Shown here one piece after another: positions 50,501-58,910 of a stretch of 64,000 nt of DNA. Numbering within the stretch: the first letter of the stretch is position 1; every line of letters begins with the position of its first letter. Below the pieces are notes generated by a model, which did not search any database, was not told the origin of the DNA, and saw only the letters and a program-made list of their open reading frames with translations. The stretch comes from Pseudomonadales bacterium (lineage in GTDB: Bacteria > Pseudomonadota > Gammaproteobacteria > Pseudomonadales > JAHRWD01), in contig JARGPR010000001.1 in the NCBI GenBank assembly GCA_029210125.1, positions 390,812-454,811 on the forward strand. Reading direction: 5' to 3'. A program made the position numbers and the translations under genes.

Positions 50501-52459
50501 TTTTGTGAAAAAGGTATAGATATACAGAATGATGATTTTACCGTAGCCGGAGTTGGTGATATGTCCGGGGATGTATTTGGCAACGGTATGCTGTTATCCA
50601 GGCATATTCGTCTGCAAGCGGCGTTTAACCATAGGCATATTTTCATAGATCCGGACCCAGATGCGGCGCGCTCATATATAGAACGAGAACGACTATTCAA
50701 TAAAGCTGGCTGTAGTTGGGATGCCTACGATGAAAGCCTGATCTCAGAGGGCGGTGGGGTTTTTTCAAAGGATCTAAAATCTATTCCCCTGAGCGAACAG
50801 ATAAAAGCGTTTCTTCAGGTTGATGCTGACCAAATGACCCCAACCGAATTAGTAAATGCCATACTAAAGGCACCGGTCGATTTAATCTGGAATGGTGGGA
50901 TTGGAACCTATGTTAAATCAACTGAAGAAAGTCATGCAGATGTTGGTGATAAAGCGAATGATTCGGTACGTATTAACGGCTCAGAGCTACGTTGTAAGGT
51001 ATTTGGAGAGGGCGGAAATCTGGGCTTAACCCAGTTAGGTCGAATTGAATTCTGTCTTAACGGCGGCGCATGTAACAGTGACTTCATAGACAATGCGGGC
51101 GGCGTTGATTGTTCAGATCATGAAGTCAATATCAAAATTCTTTTGGATGACGTGGTAAAAGATGGCGATTTGACAGAGAAACAGCGCAGCGAATTGTTAG
51201 AGAGTATGACCGATGATGTCAGTACGGCGGTGCTCAAAAATAATTATAACCAGGCTCAGGCACTAAGCTTAGCGGAGTATCAGGCCAGCTCTCGTATCGG
51301 TGAATTTGGGCGATATATCGATACGCTTGTTGCACAAGGCCAGCTCGATACAGAATTAGAGTTTATGCCTAACCATGAAGTCTTGGCGGAAAGGCGTGCG
51401 AACAAATTGGGGTTGGCTCGTCCGGAATTGGCGATACTAATTTCCTATTGCAAGAATATTTTGAAGCAGGAGCTTGCGGTTTCAGATCTTTCCGACGATC
51501 CCTACTTGGCCAAGGAGGTCTTTGAAGCATTCCCTAAAATATTAGTCGATAGATTTCAAAATAAAGTCCTGACGCATCGGCTCTATAAAGAGCTGTTAGC
51601 AACCCAGATCACCAACGGGCTGGTGAATCACATGGGCATCACCTTTGTGCACCGACTTAATGAAACTACCGGATCCACATCTGATGAAATATCCAAGGCC
51701 TATATTACGGCGCGGGATATCTTTGGTTTACCTGAATTATGGGCCCAGATCGAATCGATGGACTTCAAGGTTTCATCCAGCGATCAGCTAAGCTGGATGA
51801 TGGAAATTCGTAGCCTGACTCGCCGCGCATGTCGCTGGATACTGCGTAGTCGGCGAACTAGTCTGGATCCACAGGTTGAGGTCACACGGTTTAGCCCATT
51901 GGTTGATATTTTAAAAAACTCGGCAGCAGAATTACTACAAGGGCAGCGTCTCGATAGATGGGAGGCTAGATATAACGAGCTTGAAAACCAGGGAGTACCT
52001 ACAGATTTATCGACAAATATTGCAAGTATTCCTGTAGTTTATGCCACTTTTAGCGTCAGCGATGCGGCTCAAATTACGGGTAAGCCTTTTTCTTTTGCGC
52101 TGGCAATACATTTTGCCCTCGAAGAAAGGTTATGCCTGTATGGCTTCGGGGAAGAGATTAAAAACCTGAAGATTGAAAACCATTGGCAGGCATTAGCCCG
52201 TGAATCATTCATGGATGAATTTGAGTGGCAACAACGAGCCCTTACAGTAAGTGTTTTACAAGGTGCTGATGATCATACAATTGATAACGCCAGCTGCCAG
52301 AAAGCTGTTGATGACTGGATAGTAGAGCACGAAGTTCTTGTTGATCGTTGGTTCCTATTTATGGCTGAACTTAACCGGGCTGCGGATAAAGAGTACGCGA
52401 TGTTTTCTGTTGCTATTCGCAAGCTTTTTGAGTTGTCACAGGCGAGCCAGCAGCCCTAG
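47591..52459 (+). CDS. gdhB: NAD-specific glutamate dehydrogenase, large (about 180 kDa) class
   Basis: An ORF of about 1620 aa. The catalytic core has [55 protein letters not shown] and [16 protein letters not shown]. The start is ambiguous: TTG 47579 in the ORF track, ATG 47591 chosen here. Confidence 0.9.
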   Translation: [1622 protein letters not shown]

Positions 52460-52480
52460 TAGATTACCAACGATATTGAG

Positions 52481-52729
52481 ATGATGCAGCGAACAGTAAA
52501 TAAGAATCTAAAAAAAGTGTGTTTTAGTTTATCTATTTCGCCTGATTCCTACGAAGCATATTATCGAGGCGATGCGAAATACGTTCAGGTCGAAACGGAT
52601 CAATCGAAGATAGTTAAAATGCCGGCGGATATATTTATACGGTTCCTTACCCGAGAGGGGATTTCCGGGAGATTCGTGGTGAGCTACGATCAGAATAATC
52701 GTTTTCATTCGATAGAAAAATTAAAGTAA
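52481..52729 (+). CDS. DUF2835 family small protein
   Basis: 82 aa. The pattern FSLSISPDSYEAYYRGDAKYVQVETDQSKIVKMPADIFIRFLTREGISGRF matches my recollection of DUF2835. Confidence 0.55.
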   Translation: MMQRTVNKNLKKVCFSLSISPDSYEAYYRGDAKYVQVETDQSKIVKMPADIFIRFLTREGISGRFVVSYDQNNRFHSIEKLK

Positions 52730-52831
52730 CAAATTTTTAATTTTTTGGAGGTTTCAGCAAGCTGGAGCTCGGCGATATAGATACTCTATAATGCTCACCA
52801 CGTTCTATTTCGCCTCTGGATTACTGACATC

Positions 52832-53848
52832 ATGTATTCGCTGCTGCAAAAAGCACTGTTTCAATTGCCCGCCGAGACTTCACATCATGTAGCTTTAGCC
52901 GGGCTAGATATAGCGCACCGCTTTGGGCTTTCAAAGCTTATGACATCCAATGTTAAAGCAGCCCCGATTGAACTGCTGGGTATGCAGTTCGGTAATCCGA
53001 TCGGACTGGCAGCAGGGCTGGATAAAAATGGTGATTACATCGATGGCCTGGCGGCACTTGGCTTTGGGTCCATTGAAATTGGTACTGTAACGCCACGTGC
53101 CCAGCCAGGAAATCCTAAACCAAGATTGTTTCGTATCCCTGAAAAACAAGTGATTGTGAACCGAATGGGGTTTAACAATAAGGGCGTCGATTACCTTGTT
53201 GAGCGTGTAAAGGCATCTAACTATCAAGGTGTATTAGGCATTAATATTGGCAAAAATGTCGATACGGTAGTGGAGAATGCAACCAACGATTACCTGAGCT
53301 GCATGCGGGCGGTGTATCCCTACGCAAGTTACATTACCGTTAATCTTTCATCTCCAAACACACCGGGGCTTCGGAATTTGCAACACGGAGAAACATTTCG
53401 TCTATTACTTGAAGCATTGAAGAATGAGCAATTGAAGCTCAAAATAAAGCATGGCAAAACGGTTCCATTGATGATTAAAATCGCACCTGATCTCGATGCC
53501 GAAGAGGTAAAGTCCATTGCTAATGTGCTGGTCGAATATCAAGTAGAGGCAGTGATCGCTACTAATACCACGTTATCTAGAGATGCTGTACAAGGGCTTG
53601 AGCATGCGGATGAAGCCGGCGGGTTAAGCGGCGCGCCTTTGCTAAAGGCGTCTACGGAAGTGGTGCGGACAATCCGCAGTACTGTTGGGGATCAACTCAA
53701 AATTATTGGAGTTGGCGGTATTTTTGATGCGGAGGGCGCTGCTGAAAAGCGTCGTGCTGGCGCTGATTTATTACAGATATACAGTGGCTTTATTTATAAG
53801 GGACCTCAACTGATCCGAGATGCCGCAGAAGGGTTTGGTCGCGGGTAA
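52832..53848 (+). CDS. pyrD: Quinone-dependent dihydroorotate dehydrogenase (class 2)
   Basis: 338 aa. GFGSIEIGTVTPRAQPGNPKPRLFR, NLSSPNTPGLR and IGVGGI are present. Confidence 0.95.
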   Translation: MYSLLQKALFQLPAETSHHVALAGLDIAHRFGLSKLMTSNVKAAPIELLGMQFGNPIGLAAGLDKNGDYIDGLAALGFGSIEIGTVTPRAQPGNPKPRLFRIPEKQVIVNRMGFNNKGVDYLVERVKASNYQGVLGINIGKNVDTVVENATNDYLSCMRAVYPYASYITVNLSSPNTPGLRNLQHGETFRLLLEALKNEQLKLKIKHGKTVPLMIKIAPDLDAEEVKSIANVLVEYQVEAVIATNTTLSRDAVQGLEHADEAGGLSGAPLLKASTEVVRTIRSTVGDQLKIIGVGGIFDAEGAAEKRRAGADLLQIYSGFIYKGPQLIRDAAEGFGRG

Positions 53849-53864
53849 CGATGTAGCCTAAACT

Positions 53865-54122
53865 ATGAGGGTTTTAAAACTTTATACGACGCTCGGTTGC
53901 CATCTTTGTGAAGAAGCAGAATTAATCCTGCTGCCATTATTGCAGCACCAGGGGTACCTGTTGGAAAAAGTAGAGATCAGCGAGTCCGAAGAATTGGTTG
54001 AACTATACGGGATTCGCATTCCGGTAATAGCGCTACCTGAAAGCCTGGATACTGGAAGGGAAGGGCCGACCGAACTGGGCTGGCCTTTCGATTTGGATCA
54101 GGTAAGCAAATTTTTGTCTTAG
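53865..54122 (+). CDS. Glutaredoxin-like (DUF836) thioredoxin-fold protein
   Basis: 85 aa. It has the CxxC motif in LYTTLGCHLCEEA and YGIRIPV. Confidence 0.7.
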   Translation: MRVLKLYTTLGCHLCEEAELILLPLLQHQGYLLEKVEISESEELVELYGIRIPVIALPESLDTGREGPTELGWPFDLDQVSKFLS

Positions 54123-54140
54123 AATAAGCGAGATATCAGG

Positions 54141-55190
54141 CTATATTTTTTCCATAAATGTATCCGCTAACACCTTTCCGATACTGTTGCCAATATGCTC
54201 GAATGCTCTGCTTTCGGCTAGTTCTTGGCTGACGCTTGATGTCCCTTTCGCTCGGCTACTATATTCACTCAAAATCCGATCGGAGGAGTCTTTTATCGTG
54301 GCAGCGCCTTCTGCGAATACATAATGGGTCCCATCTCTCCAGTTCGACTGAATGGTAACTCGCAAATCAACGGAAAGATCTGGATGATTCGAGTTTGATA
54401 TGCTGAATCCGGCATCCGTCAGCGCTTTAATTACGCTGGATGAGGTTGTATTTGCACCGGTGTTCAGGGGGTTAACCGCGATCGATAAATTACCTATTAA
54501 TGCAAAAATTCGCCTTTCAAGTGAATCAAATGTGGTATCAATAGTGGAAGACTGATGGTTCGGCGAGACAATGTTGAATCGTTGGGAAAGCTGCTTGCGT
54601 TGTTCAATCAATTTTAACGCCGGTTTAAGTGCGCGCCATTGTTCCAGTCGCGGTAACGTCTCGGAAACGTTGCTAAAGTGAGATAGGGAAAGTTCAATAT
54701 CAGTAATCTGAGCGGCAATATCAAAAGCGGCTTTTTCTCTATCAAGCTGAGCTAATACGTAAACATACTGATTTTTTGTATCAACAAAACGCTCAATGAA
54801 TTCTGCATTTTTGAGATTGATTTCTGGAATCTGGCTCTTCACCTCATCTTCGATGAGTTTATCAAGTTTGGAATTCGCAACGCGAGTTTTGATTAAGGTT
54901 GACCCGCGAACCGATACCTGCATTTTTCCAATAAGGTCTTGAAGGGCATTGTTCTGCGCTTCAAGACCAGCTTTGGCGGCATCTAAGTATATTTTCGCTG
55001 AGCCTACGCCATACACATAACCTGACTGGGTAGGTGGGTTAAGTACCCAGCTTGGCCGAATCGGATTTGCGCCTGAATCAGAAGAACCAATGGCAGTGGG
55101 AGTGCTGTTGCAGCCAGCAATAAAAATGCAGCCGACTGCGACCAATAAGCCCGATAGCAGGAGGCTTTTAAAATTATTTTTAGAAGCCAA
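54141..55190 (-). CDS. LPP20-domain lipoprotein with a C-terminal extension of about 200 aa
   Basis: I place the start at TTG 55190 (AGGAG 10 nt upstream). This gives the signal/lipobox MASKNNFKSLLLSGLLVAVGCIFIAGC. It is followed by an LPP20-like block (RPSWVLNPPTQSGYVYGVGSA...AQNNALQDLIGKMQVSV). The ORF-track version (to 55463) would run about 280 nt into the upstream lpoB-like gene. Confidence 0.6.
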   Translation of the reverse strand: MASKNNFKSLLLSGLLVAVGCIFIAGCNSTPTAIGSSDSGANPIRPSWVLNPPTQSGYVYGVGSAKIYLDAAKAGLEAQNNALQDLIGKMQVSVRGSTLIKTRVANSKLDKLIEDEVKSQIPEINLKNAEFIERFVDTKNQYVYVLAQLDREKAAFDIAAQITDIELSLSHFSNVSETLPRLEQWRALKPALKLIEQRKQLSQRFNIVSPNHQSSTIDTTFDSLERRIFALIGNLSIAVNPLNTGANTTSSSVIKALTDAGFSISNSNHPDLSVDLRVTIQSNWRDGTHYVFAEGAATIKDSSDRILSEYSSRAKGTSSVSQELAESRAFEHIGNSIGKVLADTFMEKI

Positions 55191-55794
55191 AGATCGTTTT
55201 CTCCTGGAACTTTTTGATCTTTTTCTGGCCGTTCCATACTTCACGGTTTGTGAACATGTTGATGAGTTTGAGGTCGACTTGATATGAGGTAACTCGTTTG
55301 TCATCAAGCTGGTCGACAAACGAATTAATCGTTCCTGAGAGCACAAAATCAGCTCCTGTTTCCTGCCCCATCTGTTTGGCTGTACTGGAGCTTGCATTGA
55401 GCTCTTGATCTCGGCGTTCATCTCGCAAGTCTTCACGTTCAGCACCACCGGCAACGAAATCAACTGAACCTGATCGAATGAGTGCTCGCTTTAGATCGTT
55501 TGTGAAGGCTTCAACTGCGATATGCTCGTGGGATTTGTTGCGAATGCGTTGAATGATGATAGTTGGTATGGTTTTACCTGATTCTAGGGTGAAACGTTGA
55601 ACCCAGGGAAATGAAAGCATGTCGCTGATCATTTCAGTAGATACTAATTCAGAATCCGTGGCGTTCCAGCGGTCTGTAAGGGCGATCTCTTGCTCTGAAT
55701 CAACTCTTGAGACCTGAACAGATCCGCACCCGCTTAGTAACAAAATAACCGCGATAATCGATGATGCAACTGCGTTGTGAAGACTAGAACTCAT
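55180..55794 (-). CDS. LpoB/YcfM-like lipoprotein (COG3417 type)
   Basis: Start at ATG 55794 (MSSSLHNAVASSIIAVILLLSGC lipobox). The globular region (DRWNATDSELVSTEMISDML...IIIQRIRNKS...ADFVLSGTINSF...YQVDLKLINMFTNREVW) has the pattern of LpoB family proteins. Confidence 0.7.
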   Translation of the reverse strand: MSSSLHNAVASSIIAVILLLSGCGSVQVSRVDSEQEIALTDRWNATDSELVSTEMISDMLSFPWVQRFTLESGKTIPTIIIQRIRNKSHEHIAVEAFTNDLKRALIRSGSVDFVAGGAEREDLRDERRDQELNASSSTAKQMGQETGADFVLSGTINSFVDQLDDKRVTSYQVDLKLINMFTNREVWNGQKKIKKFQEKTIFGF

Positions 55795-55911
55795 GTTTTT
55801 ATTCCCTGCACGGTATCGATGCATATAGATTTGGTTGGCCGTTGCTTTCATAGCCGGTTCCTACATAACAGTGCGATGTGGCGATATAGCACAGCAGCGC
55901 ATACTAGTGTA

Positions 55912-57606
55912 TCAAAAAGAGTAATCCAATTTATCTTGATTGGAGGAAATCGGCGCGACCGGAGATATGGCGTGGTTTATCCATAGTAAGTGCTGCCCTT
56001 TTTTGAGGTTGAACTTTTTGGTCTTTGTTTGTGGTTGCACGCCTGCATTCGGTTGAGAGGTTAACGTAGCCCTGTGATCCCCTGGGGCAAGCAATACACG
56101 AGTCATACGGATTTGATGAGGCAGAGTGAGCCAACTGCGTGTATCGGTATTGGCCGTCATAAAGCTTGCCAGGCTGCCAAGCCCAGAAAAACCCGTGAGT
56201 TTATCCGTAGTGATTGTTTTTACAATTTCTCTGACTAAGCCCTCATAGATATCCTGGCTTGCCCGCTGCAACTGTTCCTGCAGAGCTAGCATTGCAACAT
56301 GGGAACTATCTGACAATCGTATTGATTGTTGGCCGACTGACAACATCGATGGCCCTGGTCCAGATCTTAGAGGCGAATAATAAGGCACTGAAACTCTAGC
56401 GCCAAACTGTAGGGCCTGTGGTAAGCCCTGTTGCTCTGCAATCGCCCAGGCGGGCCCAAGGAAGACGATTTTTTGAGCTGCCGAATAGAGATGCCCTGTA
56501 GTTCTCCCTGCCGAATAACCAATGGCTAAGCCTGGTATATTCTCATAGATCATCGAAAACCAGGCTTGTTGGTCCAGTTGATCTTGCCGCGTACCTGTAT
56601 AAATAGGCACTAAACTCAGTGCGCGTAAATAGGAATTGGTGGTAAGAAGGAGTTCGAGTCTTTTTTTCTGTGGTGCGGAACCTACGTGGTCAATAACCAG
56701 TAGTTGACCCATATCGGAACTGATTTCTAGTTGGGAGCGCAACGCTGTTGAAAGTTTAGTTTGCGCGAGCTTTGTCCAGCGATCGTTGTAGCCACCTGAT
56801 TTTTTCATGACTCGTATCGTGTCAAACCAAGCTTGCTCAGCGATATTACCCTGTAATTGATACTGTTTGGCTGCACCACCCTCATACAGCGTCGCAGCTT
56901 TTTCATATTCAAGGCGTGCATTGTCAAGCTCGCCTTGCTGTTCGTAGGTAAAGCCTGCTAGATAATGGCTCCAGGGGTCATCTCGGTAAATCAGATCTCG
57001 TTTGTCGATATCGCGTCCGGTTACGGTTTCAACGAAGGTTGTGATCTGTCCCAGGATCGAATTTTTTTGTTCTTCAGCCGCTTTATAATCGCCTCGTAAT
57101 AGGGCAAGTTCATGAAGCTTAATATCTATGCGCCGTGCTTCTACCCGGGCGTTGCCCAATAATTCATCGTGTTCTGCAGGGCGCGTGCTTAACTGGGACA
57201 TGCATAGATAGTTCATCATTTTATAGTAGTTAATTAGCACCTTCTCGAAATCAGTAGCTTCATAGGGTGTTGTGTCTCCTCCCAAAATAGCCTTAGTGGT
57301 ATTATCGATGGTACTGGCGTCTTCTTCAGTAATACGTTCGGCAGCTTCGAGTAGTTTATTACTTTCTGAGTAGCTTCCCTGAATATGAGATATTGCTCCA
57401 ATTTCCATGTTGTACAGAATGGCGTTTCTGCCATTTGTCGGTAATAGCGCTTTAAACTCACTCTTTGCGGCTTCATAGTTTCCGTTAGCCATTGCCGCTC
57501 GTGCTTTAGAGGTATTGTTACCGTAGGTTGCGCACCCATGCAGCATTGACAGCAAAATAGTAACTGTCCAAAACTTTAAAACGAAAGGGTGTGCCTTGTA
57601 ATTCAT
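55912..57606 (-). CDS. Large TPR-containing lipoprotein (COG3014-like, function unknown)
   Basis: 564 aa. Signal/lipobox is TILLSMLHGC. It has N-terminal TPR-like helices and a C-terminal domain of about 250 aa ending in DYSF. The family assignment is by recollection of the COG3014/LpoB gene pairing. Confidence 0.5.
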   Translation of the reverse strand: MNYKAHPFVLKFWTVTILLSMLHGCATYGNNTSKARAAMANGNYEAAKSEFKALLPTNGRNAILYNMEIGAISHIQGSYSESNKLLEAAERITEEDASTIDNTTKAILGGDTTPYEATDFEKVLINYYKMMNYLCMSQLSTRPAEHDELLGNARVEARRIDIKLHELALLRGDYKAAEEQKNSILGQITTFVETVTGRDIDKRDLIYRDDPWSHYLAGFTYEQQGELDNARLEYEKAATLYEGGAAKQYQLQGNIAEQAWFDTIRVMKKSGGYNDRWTKLAQTKLSTALRSQLEISSDMGQLLVIDHVGSAPQKKRLELLLTTNSYLRALSLVPIYTGTRQDQLDQQAWFSMIYENIPGLAIGYSAGRTTGHLYSAAQKIVFLGPAWAIAEQQGLPQALQFGARVSVPYYSPLRSGPGPSMLSVGQQSIRLSDSSHVAMLALQEQLQRASQDIYEGLVREIVKTITTDKLTGFSGLGSLASFMTANTDTRSWLTLPHQIRMTRVLLAPGDHRATLTSQPNAGVQPQTKTKKFNLKKGQHLLWINHAISPVAPISSNQDKLDYSF

Positions 57607-58047
57607 TTTGAATATATGTGTGAGTATCTTTCGAGAATTGATGTTCTGCTACTACCGAAATGACTTGGGGTTACCACACTGCGATACTCCATTTTTGGTC
57701 TGCCGTTAACGGTAGATAGGCACTCGGAAATAGTATTTTTATTAGTGCGGTTTATATGTATGTGAAAAAATATCACTAATTCTGATGAGTATAAGATGTT
57801 GGTAAGCATTCGTAACGGTACGGATTGAGCTTATATTCCTGAGGTATTTTGTGGCAGGTAGAGATTGTCACGAATAAGGTATATCGAACCTGTACCATCC
57901 TAAATTTTTTTCGGTTTCTGTGATCTTAGTTTAGAGGGAACCGAAAAAACTTACTAACCGTAGCAGAGGTAGATAATATCTTTAGACAATAATAAATCGT
58001 TTTGATGGGTATTGATTGAAACAGCGGAGATAAATGAATGAGCAAAG

Positions 58048-58086
58048 TAAAAATCAACCAACATCTAGCAATAGGTGCTGGTTGAT
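58048..58086 (-). terminator. Rho-independent terminator of the small LPP20 gene
   Basis: ATCAACCAACATC (58053-58065) pairs with GGTGCTGGTTGAT (58074-58086), with one mismatch and one G-U. On the minus strand a short U-rich tract (TTTTACTTT, from AAAGTAAAA on plus) follows. It starts 9 nt after the stop at 58095. Confidence 0.5.
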
Positions 58087-58094
58087 TTAGGGAT

Positions 58095-58682
58095 TTACTG
58101 TTTGTTGAATTCAGCTTCCATTTCCTGTTGGGCTTTATAGGCTTTGAACTCTTCTTTCATAACCGATTCGTCATCAGAATTTAAATTAACACCGCTCTTT
58201 TTGATGATGTTACTAAAAAGTTCATCGGTAAAGGTCGGGCTTAAAGCAACCATAATACAAAGATGGTTTTTCCCATCTAGCTCTACTATGTCAGCTTTTA
58301 TTGGGCGAGCACCATTCAAACTTTGTTGGGTGATTTGTTTAGAAACACTTTCAAATGTACCACCGACGGAAGAGCCCCTATTGGTATCGGTTTTTCGAGC
58401 GTAGGTTTTATCCATTGCTTTGATTTTTGTTTCGATCTGTTGGGAAAGGTCTACCCGCGCATTTGCAATAGCCTGTTTCCGGTCGATTGAAAAATTTCCA
58501 GAGCTAACTACACAATCAGTTGCAGCTATACCATCCTCAATAACTGGAACCAGTACCCAGCTAGGAATGGGTGACTTAGTGGGCTCTATTTCTTGCTGAG
58601 GCACTGTTGGTTTGTCAGAACAACCAGCGAGAACAAGGCAACTTGCTGCGACGATAATTGAAAGTTGTTTATTGAATTTCAT
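58095..58682 (-). CDS. LPP20 family lipoprotein
   Basis: Start at ATG 58682 (MKFNKQLSIIVAASCLVLAGC lipobox). The LPP20 pattern is PSWVLVPVIEDGIAATDCV...RKQAIANARVDLSQQIETKI. Confidence 0.7.
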   Translation of the reverse strand: MKFNKQLSIIVAASCLVLAGCSDKPTVPQQEIEPTKSPIPSWVLVPVIEDGIAATDCVVSSGNFSIDRKQAIANARVDLSQQIETKIKAMDKTYARKTDTNRGSSVGGTFESVSKQITQQSLNGARPIKADIVELDGKNHLCIMVALSPTFTDELFSNIIKKSGVNLNSDDESVMKEEFKAYKAQQEMEAEFNKQ

Positions 58683-58910
58683 GGGTATTTCCCTTTTTTG
58701 TTTGGTGAATCGAATTCTTGCGTTACCGAAGTGCACAACGTGACATCGGCATGATGGAAGTTTTAGTTAAGACTGCTAACACGGGCGACAAGGGTAGCAT
58801 GGGAATTCCACTTTAGCACTGGAATCAGATGTTTTTTGGTCTGAGCGATTATGGAAGGTTGGTCAATATAGTGCAATTTTGATAGATCAAAGAAATGGTT
58901 CGTTAACACA

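Noticed and set aside
54141-55463. A 440-aa version of the LPP20-domain ORF that overlaps about 280 nt of the LpoB-like gene.
   Set aside because: The upstream 90 residues are not signal-peptide-like and run through the 3' end of the preceding gene. A TTG at 55190 with an AGGAG SD yields a textbook lipoprotein signal instead.
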